Positions 8,980-18,160 of a stretch of DNA of 34,981 nucleotides are shown in pieces. Each line of letters begins with the position of its first letter. Positions within the stretch are counted from its first letter, which is position 1. The stretch comes from Sulfurimonadaceae bacterium (GTDB lineage: Bacteria > Campylobacterota > Campylobacteria > Campylobacterales > Sulfurimonadaceae): the NCBI GenBank assembly GCA_041562555.1, contig JBFEXS010000010.1, positions 1 through 34,981 of the forward strand, read 5' to 3'. Under the pieces are notes generated by a model. That model was not told the origin of the DNA and searched no databases. It was given only the letters and a program-made list of their open reading frames with translations. Made by a program: the position numbers and the translations under genes.

Positions 8980-10364
8980 TGCACCTTACACTCATCGACA
9001 TAGAGTGCCATCGTGAACTTGGTCTTGGACTTTTTATCATATATGAACACCTTGCTGGAGCCTTGTGAAAGTGCTTCGGTACGTCCCATCGTCTTCACTC
9101 TCCAGCTGATGGTATCCGAGACTCGTGCCTTTGCAGCATTTTTCGGATCGCGTATAAAATAGATCTTTGCGTCTTCTCTTCCCTGTATCCCATAACCAAA
9201 CATCTTGCTTCCGCGCTCATCTACCGTAAACAGGACATCTCCTTCCATCAAAACGTTTTTGCCGGAAAGATGCTCTGCATTGAGATATTCTCCACAAAGC
9301 TCTTTTGCTTTGATACGACGGACGTTTTCTATTTTCTTCTCTTTTTGCTGACGTCTGTATTCTTCCTCTTTGCGGGCCTTCTCTTTTGCCATCGCTTCTG
9401 CTTTCGCCAATTTTAACTGGGCAAGTTTTCTCTCTTTCTCTTTTTTGGCTCTGAGCATCTCTTCCTGTCTGGCAGCATATTCTGCCTCAGCTGCCTCAGC
9501 TTCTGCTCTGTTCTTCCAATATTCGGGGTTGTTAAATGAAAAAAACCTCTCTTCATCCTGCAAAGGCAGCTTGTGTGCATCGATAAAGTCCATTTCTTCT
9601 TGTGTGGGCTCGTTCTTAAGCAGAGGAAATAAAAAGACAAAGTTGTCCGTATCCTCATCCTCGATAAACTCTTCTATGGTTACTTCCATCCCGGATTTTA
9701 TCTGCGAATTCTTGTCTGCCAGTCTTCGCAGCTCCGCCAGATACTCGATGACCAATGGTCCCTTTGTGATCCTCGCTTCATCCAGAAGGTGCCCTATCAC
9801 CTCATTCTTATGCGCTTTTTCCATGTAAGGGAGACATCTCTCTTCCAAAAAGGCGAATGGAGCCTGTTGGCGTTGAACAACCGACTGGCAGATCGTATCA
9901 AACTCATACACCGGTGTACCAAAACGCGCATAGAAAATAGGGCGGGTAAAGAACTGCTTTTGCATAAACTTCGCCGCGGTTTTTGGCGTATACTTTTGTT
10001 GTTTAAAGACCTTGATAGCAGCATAAGAGAGATCAAGTTTTTTCCATTGTAGCACTTCTGACGGTTCCATTCCAAGTGCTGCCCACTGAGGATACTCTTT
10101 GTTGCCTATACCTGCATCCCTCCATGGTTTTTCATCCTTTACGCTCAAGGCCTTCCCTTTATAGCTATAGGCCGTAGGATCTGTCTCTTCCTTTGTCTCG
10201 ACGCCATGTTTTGAGCGATTGACACTTCCATCCTGTTCAAACCGGCTCTCATGGGCTGAAAGCAGTTTCTGACGCAACTCTTCCATCTGTCGTTCTTCCG
10301 GCGTTGGTTCACCACCACACCCCAGAAACACAAGTAAACTCAACAATAAAAATAACTTATACAT
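8976..10364 (-). CDS. Hypothetical lipoprotein with Trp-spaced repeats and a coiled coil
   Basis: Start ATG 10364 after AGGGG gives MYKLFLLLSLLVFLGC (lipobox); long E/K/A/R coiled coil; stop overlaps the regulator start (ATGA). Confidence 0.8.
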   Translation of the reverse strand: MYKLFLLLSLLVFLGCGGEPTPEERQMEELRQKLLSAHESRFEQDGSVNRSKHGVETKEETDPTAYSYKGKALSVKDEKPWRDAGIGNKEYPQWAALGMEPSEVLQWKKLDLSYAAIKVFKQQKYTPKTAAKFMQKQFFTRPIFYARFGTPVYEFDTICQSVVQRQQAPFAFLEERCLPYMEKAHKNEVIGHLLDEARITKGPLVIEYLAELRRLADKNSQIKSGMEVTIEEFIEDEDTDNFVFLFPLLKNEPTQEEMDFIDAHKLPLQDEERFFSFNNPEYWKNRAEAEAAEAEYAARQEEMLRAKKEKERKLAQLKLAKAEAMAKEKARKEEEYRRQQKEKKIENVRRIKAKELCGEYLNAEHLSGKNVLMEGDVLFTVDERGSKMFGYGIQGREDAKIYFIRDPKNAAKARVSDTISWRVKTMGRTEALSQGSSKVFIYDKKSKTKFTMALYVDECKVQ

Positions 10365-10501
10365 AAAAACAGACCCCTTAATAACATTCATCTTTTATCA
10401 TTATAGTATAAAACTAAATAGTTACAGAAGATTAAACCACAATTGCTCTGCAGCTCCCATAAGATTAGTTATAATCACACAAACCATACAAAGAAGAGTC
10501 A

Positions 10502-11014
10502 ATGGCACGCTGGAAAGATGTAAAAAAAGGGAAAATCGGGGCAAAAACTCCCAATCTGCCGAAGGTATATTATGCGGGGTTCTGGTCACGTTTCCTAGCC
10601 TTCAGCACTGATGTCTTCATGATAGGCATGCCAATTGGTCTGATTATTATGCTGCTTTTTGGTTATGATACCATGCAATCTCAGCCGGGCTTTATAGATG
10701 CTATTGAGAGTACAAAGTCTCCGAAAGATGCCAACCCACTGATTCCATTAATCACTCTACTGCTCTGGACAATCTCCATGTTGCTCTTTTGGCAGATCAG
10801 TGCCCAGACACCGGGTAAAAAAATGGCAAAACTCATCATCGTCAATCATCAAAATCTGCAAAAACCCTCTCTTTTGCAGTTTATTGTCCGATTACTGTTT
10901 TTGATCATGCCTCTCTTCGCCTTTATCAGTATACTCGTAATGCTGTTTCATCCTCAGAAACGTACTCTACATGATATCCTAAGCGGAACTTCCGTTATCT
11001 ATAAGGCTGAATAG
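10502..11014 (+). CDS. RDD family membrane protein
   Basis: YAGFWSRFLAF..D, QTPGKK and RTLHD..SGT.V motifs. Confidence 0.9.
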   Translation: MARWKDVKKGKIGAKTPNLPKVYYAGFWSRFLAFSTDVFMIGMPIGLIIMLLFGYDTMQSQPGFIDAIESTKSPKDANPLIPLITLLLWTISMLLFWQISAQTPGKKMAKLIIVNHQNLQKPSLLQFIVRLLFLIMPLFAFISILVMLFHPQKRTLHDILSGTSVIYKAE

Positions 11015-12139
11015 ATGGCCTGGATTGTCGGCTCTTTTTATTTCTTCTATTTTTCCATTGTTGCCGTTTATGTCATTTTCATGCCCAAAGTCTTACAGAT
11101 AGTGGGTTATTCTCCTTCAGAGATAGGGATCATCTTTGCAGCCGCACCTCTTGTGCGTTTTCTCATGCCTTTTTTATTTTTGAAATACATCCGATTGGAT
11201 GCAAAAGTCTTCAACACTGCACTTTTACTCAGTTTTGTCGCTTCCTTGCTCTTCTATCCTTTTATTGACTTTTTCTGGCCGCTGTTATTGACGAATATAC
11301 TTCTGGGAATAGGTATGAGCCTGTCCATCCCCTATGTAGAGAGTGTCGCCCTTACACACATGCCAAAGGAGAGTTATGGAAAGGTTCGCCTCTTTGGATC
11401 CATTGGCTTCATATTGGTCTCTCTGGTCTTGGTCAATTATCTCAATGCCGTCAATAATGCCATAGCTTTCTTATGTGCGAATACTTTTGTGACCCTTCTT
11501 TTTGGACTGGCTATTTCCCGTTACGAAGCGAAAAAGAACCTTCCGGTGGACACTTCGGGGAAACAGTTCTCTTTACTAGAACACTGGCCTTTGTGGGTCA
11601 GCCTTTTCTTGATGCAAGTAGGCTTTGGTGCCTTTTATAACTTTTTTACCATTTATGCAAGTTCCCATGACATCTCATTTGAGAGCCTTAATATTTCAAC
11701 GATGGACATGACGATCTATTTATGGAGCTTTGGGGTGATATGTGAAGTATTCATGCTCTACTTTCAGGCACCTTTACTAAAGAATGCTCTTTTGAAGGTA
11801 TTACAGTTCAGTGTTGCGATCACAGCCCTACGCTGGCTGATCGTTTCCCTTTTCCCCGAAAACCTACCACTGCTTTTTGTCTCCCAGAGCATCCATGCCT
11901 TTAGTTTTGCCTTGTACCATTCGGCTTCTATTATGTATCTGCATTCCCTCTATAGTGATAAAAAGCTTTCTCAACAATTTTTTGCCGGTGTCGCTTATGG
12001 TCTGGGCGGGTTTGTAGGAGCCGTCAGTTCTGGTTTTATCTATGAAGTCTCCCCTCAAGGGCTTTATATCTGTGCTGCGATTGTCACCCTTGTCAGTTTT
12101 ACCTTTTTATGGATGGAGAACAAGAGAACTATCGCTTAA
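11015..12139 (+). CDS. MFS transporter (MFS_1-like, HcaT-like)
   Basis: About 12 hydrophobic segments; YGKVRLFGSIGF motif. Confidence 0.85.
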   Translation: MAWIVGSFYFFYFSIVAVYVIFMPKVLQIVGYSPSEIGIIFAAAPLVRFLMPFLFLKYIRLDAKVFNTALLLSFVASLLFYPFIDFFWPLLLTNILLGIGMSLSIPYVESVALTHMPKESYGKVRLFGSIGFILVSLVLVNYLNAVNNAIAFLCANTFVTLLFGLAISRYEAKKNLPVDTSGKQFSLLEHWPLWVSLFLMQVGFGAFYNFFTIYASSHDISFESLNISTMDMTIYLWSFGVICEVFMLYFQAPLLKNALLKVLQFSVAITALRWLIVSLFPENLPLLFVSQSIHAFSFALYHSASIMYLHSLYSDKKLSQQFFAGVAYGLGGFVGAVSSGFIYEVSPQGLYICAAIVTLVSFTFLWMENKRTIA

Positions 12140-13301
12140 ATGTACGTATACACGTATCTGAAAGACCGACCAAGGTATTATTGTTCCAAAGAAAGTTCTC
12201 AACGCGTCCATCCCGTCCCTCTTCATCTACAAAACGGATAATCACAAGCTTCGTACCCTGATTTTGAGCGCCTGAGACACCCTCTTGTGTCTCTGTTGCG
12301 ACCACCTTCCATTTCAGCCTTTCATCATATATGCTCTCTTCGCTTTTATACATACCCGTACCGTCAAGAAGGATTGAAAGTGATTCACCTTCATATCTCC
12401 ATTCTCCTGCGAAGATATCGCTGGAGTCTTTGACTTCCGATACATCCGTTTCTACCTCAACGGCGATCGCATCTTGGGCTGCGCCCGTGTCTTCCAACTG
12501 ATCCAATGACTGCAAAAAGCCATGGGCATAAGAACTCAGAGGGTCCTCCTCACCAAAGCGGTAAATAAATGAAAGCTTTTGTGTAAGGTCACGTTTTTCG
12601 ACCCCCTGGGCAGGTTGCGTATCATAATCAAATTCAATAAGGTAGCTCAGGTCAAATACCTTTGTCAAATGAATTGTCATTTCCATAATGGAAGCGCTGA
12701 TATAATCCGAACCATTATCAATTTTAGGCTGATAGTATCCCAGATATCCAAGGTCAAACACTTCATTGACCGGTAGTTTGTAGGACAGATAACTGCTCAT
12801 GCGATAATTGTGTTCATCAGGGTCAGGTTCACTCGAGGTATAGTCTATCTGTTCATCCATCGCTGACAACCCAAAAAACAGTTTTCCATATGTCGCTGAG
12901 TTCATCACTCTATAGCGTAACCCAGCCCCCAGGAGTTCACGCCCGCGTATACTCTTAAACTTATCTTTTCGATGCTGAACAAAATATTCACTTGCCCACT
13001 CCGGGGAATACAGTTGATGTATATGACGCAAGTGTAAAAAAGAGTTCTCATCGGTCAGGACACCTGACACTTCATCTTTTTCAACCTCACCCTCTAGCCA
13101 GGTGATCGTATGCTTTGTATCATACTGTATACGGCCACCATATTCCGCTTCGTCCTTATCCGTATTCCCCCGCTTCTTTTGAAAAGAACCATAGGCGGAA
13201 CCGCTAAACCCCTCGGGTTTATCTTCAAAATCAACGGTAGCAATATCAACAATACTAAAAAGTGGTGTCAAAAGAAGTATTAAAAGAGTAAAAAAACGCA
13301 T
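12129..13301 (-). CDS. DUF481 (YdiY-like) outer-membrane barrel with a C-terminal extension
   Basis: Signal peptide; GNTD, DKF..I..R.L.G.G.RY and YDTQP..GVEK.D motifs; about 140 aa follow the barrel-ending FIYRF. Confidence 0.7.
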   Translation of the reverse strand: MRFFTLLILLLTPLFSIVDIATVDFEDKPEGFSGSAYGSFQKKRGNTDKDEAEYGGRIQYDTKHTITWLEGEVEKDEVSGVLTDENSFLHLRHIHQLYSPEWASEYFVQHRKDKFKSIRGRELLGAGLRYRVMNSATYGKLFFGLSAMDEQIDYTSSEPDPDEHNYRMSSYLSYKLPVNEVFDLGYLGYYQPKIDNGSDYISASIMEMTIHLTKVFDLSYLIEFDYDTQPAQGVEKRDLTQKLSFIYRFGEEDPLSSYAHGFLQSLDQLEDTGAAQDAIAVEVETDVSEVKDSSDIFAGEWRYEGESLSILLDGTGMYKSEESIYDERLKWKVVATETQEGVSGAQNQGTKLVIIRFVDEEGRDGRVENFLWNNNTLVGLSDTCIRTFKR

Positions 13302-13355
13302 AAAAACATCCTGTAGAAATTGCGAAATTCTACAAGACCTTTGAGTAAAAAAAGC

Positions 13356-14141
13356 TTAGTAATCAATAATTAATGAGACGGTAAACGTCCTATCCGTACG
13401 TTCATTCCCGACCGGTGGTGTATTCACATAAGCAACCTTGTAATTGACACCCATAGAGAAGATATTACTGATCTTACTTTCTACCCCTGTTTTTGAGTTG
13501 ATGAAATAGATATCGCTATCTTCTGCATCTACACGATAGCTCAACATCTGAATAAACTTAAATGAATCGGTGATTTTCCATGCATAGTCTCCTTTAAGAA
13601 AGAATGAGCCATACTCTTCCGTCTTTCCAATGACCGTACTTGCTGTCAGATCCTTTGAAGGATCGACATAGGGATACTTTATCTCTTCACCCAAAGCATC
13701 ATAATACTTGTCCGTCTGTGAATCTCGCGCGTATAATGCATTGAGCTGAAATGCCAATTTATGTGCATCGTTCTCTACCGCCTTGTACTTCACCCCCGGT
13801 CCGGTGTAGAACTGATAATTAAAACCGGAGAACTTATTATCTTTGTACCCGACAAGATAATTGAAAGATACATTTTTGGCAAAACTGTAATCATAGTTAA
13901 GCTCTGTCTCCAGTTTATTGTTATTCTCTATACCGTTTTCTTCACCATATAAGTAGTCTAGGTCAAACTGAATGGAATTCCTGTCCCAGCTCTTTTTACC
14001 TTTAAAATCCAAGGTTGCAGATGTCGTTTCTGTATTCCCCGAAGTTTCCACATATCCCAATTCGGTATGCGTAATAAAGGCTGATTCTTCAGCAACAAGC
14101 ATCGAAGCACACAGCAATGACAATCCTATGATCTTTTTCAT
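13356..14141 (-). CDS. DUF481 (YdiY-like) outer-membrane protein
   Basis: ELGYVETSGNTET, DNKFSGF.Y....GPG..Y and PP.G.E.TD..F.VSL..DY motifs. Confidence 0.85.
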   Translation of the reverse strand: MKKIIGLSLLCASMLVAEESAFITHTELGYVETSGNTETTSATLDFKGKKSWDRNSIQFDLDYLYGEENGIENNNKLETELNYDYSFAKNVSFNYLVGYKDNKFSGFNYQFYTGPGVKYKAVENDAHKLAFQLNALYARDSQTDKYYDALGEEIKYPYVDPSKDLTASTVIGKTEEYGSFFLKGDYAWKITDSFKFIQMLSYRVDAEDSDIYFINSKTGVESKISNIFSMGVNYKVAYVNTPPVGNERTDRTFTVSLIIDY

Positions 14142-14168
14142 CTATCCTTCTCCTTTTTTTATCGGTCT

Positions 14169-15020
14169 TCAAGATTCCTGATTCTTTAAATGAACATCCA
14201 TCTGTGGAAAAGGAATACTAATGCCTTTTTCATCAAAAGTCAATTTGACCCTTTCATTCATATCAAAATAGACATCCCAATAATCTTCACTCTTCACCCA
14301 TGGACGAAATACAAAATTCACAGAGGAGTCTCCCAGTTCGGAGACACCTACGAATGGGGCAGGATCAGCCAGGACCCTCTCATCTCCTTGTAAGATCTCC
14401 TCAAGGATTTGCTTGGCTTTTCTTAGGTCATCATCATAGCTTATCCCAAATGTAAGATTGATTCTCCGGACCTCTTTTGCCGAAAAGTTTGTAATATTCC
14501 CGGATGTGATCGATGCGTTCGGAACAGTAACAACCTTGTTATCAGGGGTATGCAGCGTTGTCGCGAAGATTGAAATTGCAGCCACAGAACCTGTCTCACC
14601 TCCCGCCGTAACGAAATCACCTACTTTGAAAGGACGAAAAGAGATCAACATGACACCGGAACCCACATTGCCCAGGGTTCCCTGAAGTGCCAAACCGATC
14701 GCAAGACCTGCAGCACCTAAAATAGCGACAAAAGAGGTTGTCTCAACACCCAGGGTGCTTAAAGATGCCAATACAACGACGACCATCAGTAGGATATACA
14801 CCAAGCTTTCAATAAACGTTACCAGGGTTTCATCCAGATTATTCTTGCGCATAAGTCTGACAACCACACTCTGTATCATACGTGCGATCCATTTGCCCAC
14901 GACAAAGATAATCAGTGCACCAACGATCTTTGGACCATATTCCAAAGCAAACTGCATCGCTATCTCAGCATATTTTCCTGTACTATCGACTGTTTCCGTA
15001 GCTGTTTCAACAATATCCAT
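14169..15020 (-). CDS. mscS: Small-conductance mechanosensitive channel
   Basis: LGAAGLAIGLALQG.L.N, FRPFKVGD and GISIPFPQ motifs. Confidence 0.93.
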   Translation of the reverse strand: MDIVETATETVDSTGKYAEIAMQFALEYGPKIVGALIIFVVGKWIARMIQSVVVRLMRKNNLDETLVTFIESLVYILLMVVVVLASLSTLGVETTSFVAILGAAGLAIGLALQGTLGNVGSGVMLISFRPFKVGDFVTAGGETGSVAAISIFATTLHTPDNKVVTVPNASITSGNITNFSAKEVRRINLTFGISYDDDLRKAKQILEEILQGDERVLADPAPFVGVSELGDSSVNFVFRPWVKSEDYWDVYFDMNERVKLTFDEKGISIPFPQMDVHLKNQES

Positions 15021-15102
15021 AAGCGACCTCGGTCTTTGATTTTATGATAGTCTACCTTCTTCTAGTTTAAAAATGGCCTACGCCAGATAGGAGTCTTTCT
15101 GT

Positions 15103-15396
15103 TTAGACCTTAATGTCCAAGGTATGCAGAGGGGGGATATCATTATCGTCTTTTTTCTTTTCTTTATTCTTTTGGTTCTCTTCTTCCTCGCGCTTTTTGC
15201 GTTCAGCGTCCTCGTTCGTTTCGCCCGTCTCTTCTGTCGGACGGACTTCCTGGACTTCCTTGTCCTTATCATTGGCAATCGCTGCTGCTGCTAAGTTTTG
15301 AAGATCAAATTTATTTTGCTGAGCTGTCTGTTCGCTGGCTACAGATGCCATCTGCTGATTGGTATAAATGGCAGAGCCTATCGGTCCTATTGCCAT
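15103..15396 (-). CDS. Hypothetical small charged protein ending HTLDIKV
   Basis: Strong AGGAAGGA RBS; Q/A-rich N-half and E/K-rich C-half. Confidence 0.8.
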   Translation of the reverse strand: MAIGPIGSAIYTNQQMASVASEQTAQQNKFDLQNLAAAAIANDKDKEVQEVRPTEETGETNEDAERKKREEEENQKNKEKKKDDNDIPPLHTLDIKV

Positions 15397-15432
15397 ACTA
15401 TCCTTCCTTTCGCATGTTAACTTGATTCTGCG

Positions 15433-16764
15433 CTAATGCTCTTTTAACACACTCAGTGTCTTATATTTATTGTACAGTACATTTGCTTCAGACTGTACTT
15501 TGACTTCACGTCTATGGGTATAATCGACTAAAAACGTACCCACTTTAGTCGTTGAAAAGTCTACACAAAGTTTTGCTGCGGCATACAACAGTTTTTCACT
15601 CACATTTTGCTTACTGGTTTGTATGATCACATGACTTGAAGGCATCCCCTGAATGTGCATCCAGATATCTCCTGCCTTGGCAATCTTCAACAGTTCTATA
15701 TTCCCTTTTTTATTTTTTCCCAACAAGACTTTTTGCCCCTCTATCCAAAAGACTTCATAGGGTTTTATCTGCTCTTTTTTTACCTTCTTTTTTTGCGGAG
15801 GCAAGAGTAGGTCCAACTCTTCTATAGACTGTGCTGTAAGGACATTTCCCTTAAAGCGTTCAAGAAAATCTATCTTCTCCGTCAAACCTTCTCGCTCGAT
15901 ATGCAAATGTTCAGCCTTCTGTTTCGCTTTTTTACCCTTTTTGAAAAACAGTTCTCCCACCTCAGAACTGCTCCGTGCTCCTTCGGGAAGCTCAAGCGTG
16001 ATCTCCTCTCCATTGAAATCATACAGTTTCACAGATGCCACATAAGGCTTTATCAGGTGCATATTGGCTAGGCAGAGATTGCCTTTTTCAAAGTTTTTCG
16101 CAGCCTCTTCCAGTAATAGATCCTCATCTTGCAGGTTGGCCAACTCCTTTTGCATCCGCGTGATCTTTTTGTCAATACGTGCCGCTTCGACTTTTTGTCT
16201 CTGCACCAAAGCCTTACTCGTCCTTTCCCTGTAGACATCATGCAGGTATCCCTGCATATCCTCAATAATCTCACCCTCTTTAGGCGTGAACTTAGGTGCC
16301 TCCAGAGCTCTAAGCTCAACACCGGGCTTGATCTCCCTGTAAGAGTTCATGATATCGACATGTCGTAGCGCATCCAGTATCACTCCATGTGCATCAAGAA
16401 GAATCGCATTGGTAAACTTTCCGGTAAACTCAAGCTGTAGAATGGCTCTACTTGCTTTATAAGCACCACTTTGACTTGCTTCGATACGCAAGACCTTGTC
16501 ATTATTTACGATTTCTATCTTCTCAATATCGCTGCGTCCAAAATACTTATGCAGCAATACATCAAAGGGTGCCTGATAGTGCTTGACACGTACCGAGTCA
16601 GAGCGCATATAGATTGCTGAGTTGCCCTTTTGCAGGTCAAAATACACATCATGCTTTCCATCAAAGGCGATCTTGATGATGTTATCCCCGACACGATGTG
16701 CCGCCGAGATACGTTTATACTGTTTTAAATACTCTACGATTTGCTTAAAGGCATAAAATTTCAT
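15433..16764 (-). CDS. NFACT/RqcH (FbpA-like) RNA-binding protein
   Basis: LEFTGKFTNAIL in NFACT-N; GKN...N..L...A...DIWMH....PSSHVII in the NFACT-R domain. Confidence 0.9.
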   Translation of the reverse strand: MKFYAFKQIVEYLKQYKRISAAHRVGDNIIKIAFDGKHDVYFDLQKGNSAIYMRSDSVRVKHYQAPFDVLLHKYFGRSDIEKIEIVNNDKVLRIEASQSGAYKASRAILQLEFTGKFTNAILLDAHGVILDALRHVDIMNSYREIKPGVELRALEAPKFTPKEGEIIEDMQGYLHDVYRERTSKALVQRQKVEAARIDKKITRMQKELANLQDEDLLLEEAAKNFEKGNLCLANMHLIKPYVASVKLYDFNGEEITLELPEGARSSSEVGELFFKKGKKAKQKAEHLHIEREGLTEKIDFLERFKGNVLTAQSIEELDLLLPPQKKKVKKEQIKPYEVFWIEGQKVLLGKNKKGNIELLKIAKAGDIWMHIQGMPSSHVIIQTSKQNVSEKLLYAAAKLCVDFSTTKVGTFLVDYTHRREVKVQSEANVLYNKYKTLSVLKEH

Positions 16765-16861
16765 AGCAACATTCTAGCATAAGCGACTATACAAAGAGTT
16801 TCCGATATAATCGCGCCAATATTAATATGACCTACTATATTGGTCACGGAGAGGATACATT

Positions 16862-18130
16862 ATGGGACAAACCATAACTGAAAAAATATTTTCTGAGCAT
16901 GTAGGCAGAAAAGTCTATGCAGGTGAGATCGTACGATCCAATATCGATATGATTATCGGTAATGACATTACGACTCCGATTTCTATCAAAGCATTTGAGG
17001 ACTCCGGTGCTGAAAAGCTGGCAAATCCAGACGGTTTTGCACTGGTACTTGACCACTTCATCCCCGCGAAGGATATTGCGTCAGCAAATCAGGCAAAGAT
17101 ATCTCGAGAGTTTGCCTATAAACACAATCTAAAGAACTATTTTGATGAAAAAGACATGGGAATCGAACATGCGCTTCTTCCTGAAAAAGGTCTGGTAGGT
17201 CCAGGGGATGTTATTATCGGTGCCGACTCTCACACCTGTACACACGGGGCACTTGGTGCTTTCTCGACCGGTATGGGTTCTACAGACTTGGCCTTTGGAA
17301 TGATCACCGGCGGAAACTGGTTCAAGGTTCCAGAGACGATCAAAGTCGTTTTTACAGGTAAACTTCAGCCTAATGTCTACGGGAAAGACCTTATCCTTGA
17401 AGTGATCCGCCAGATCGGTGTGGACGGTGCGCTTTACCAAGCCCTTGAGTTTACAGGGGACACCATTGCAAACCTGGACATGGACGGTCGTTTCTCACTT
17501 TGCAATATGGCAATTGAGGCAGGCGCTAAAAATGGTATTATCGCCGTTGACGACATCACAAAAGAGTTTTTAGCGGATAAAGATCTTGCTCGTGAACCTA
17601 AATATCACTACTCGGATGAAGATGCAAAATATGCAAGAGTGATCGAGATTGATGTAAGCAAGCTGGAGCCGGTAATCGCGTACCCGTCTCTTCCGTCTAA
17701 CGGTAAACCTCTCAGCACTGCTGTCGCCGACAAAATCGCTGTTGACCAAGTCTTTATAGGTTCATGTACCAACGGCCGTCTTTCTGACCTTAAGATGGCT
17801 GCAGAGATCTTAAAAGGAAGACGTGTTGCTCAACGAACACGTCTAATCGTCACTCCTGCAACTCAGAAGATCCTGAAACAAGCTGAAAAAGCAGGTTATC
17901 TTGATATCCTTATTGATGCCGGTGCCGTTGTCTCCAATCCGACCTGTGGTGCTTGCCTCGGTGGATATATGGGGATCTTAGGAGATGGTGAAGTGGCCAT
18001 TGCGACAACAAACCGTAACTTTGTGGGTCGTATGGGTGCACGTAGTTCAGGCATCTATCTTGCTAACTCCGCCGTAGCTGCCGCTTCAGCGGTAACTGGA
18101 TACATTACGGATCCAGCAAGCCTAAGCTAG
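16862..18130 (+). CDS. leuC: 3-isopropylmalate dehydratase large subunit (LeuC2/HacA type)
   Basis: GADSHTCTHG, FIGSCTNGR, CGACLG and TTNRNF.GRMG aconitase-family motifs. Confidence 0.9.
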   Translation: MGQTITEKIFSEHVGRKVYAGEIVRSNIDMIIGNDITTPISIKAFEDSGAEKLANPDGFALVLDHFIPAKDIASANQAKISREFAYKHNLKNYFDEKDMGIEHALLPEKGLVGPGDVIIGADSHTCTHGALGAFSTGMGSTDLAFGMITGGNWFKVPETIKVVFTGKLQPNVYGKDLILEVIRQIGVDGALYQALEFTGDTIANLDMDGRFSLCNMAIEAGAKNGIIAVDDITKEFLADKDLAREPKYHYSDEDAKYARVIEIDVSKLEPVIAYPSLPSNGKPLSTAVADKIAVDQVFIGSCTNGRLSDLKMAAEILKGRRVAQRTRLIVTPATQKILKQAEKAGYLDILIDAGAVVSNPTCGACLGGYMGILGDGEVAIATTNRNFVGRMGARSSGIYLANSAVAAASAVTGYITDPASLS

Positions 18131-18138
18131 TTGCCTGT

Positions 18139-18157
18139 ATGGGGTCTTTGACCTCAT
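18139..18157. terminator. Hairpin between the convergent leuC and GGDEF genes
   Basis: ATGGGGTC-TTT-GACCTCAT inverted repeat; U-tract is weak. Confidence 0.5.
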
Positions 18158-18160
18158 CTC

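Noticed and set aside
9370..9828. 152-aa antisense ORF and the other short overlapping ORFs in the track (e.g. 30398-30871, 19524-19913)
   Set aside because: These are shadow frames of well-supported genes, with no motifs or RBS support.
14142..14192. sigma28 promoter before the DUF481 gene (TAAA...ACCGATAA)
   Set aside because: The spacing is 18 nt rather than about 15.
16862..18130. leuC without an adjacent leuD as a sign of a novel pathway
   Set aside because: Split leu genes are common in this lineage, and nothing local suggests another substrate.
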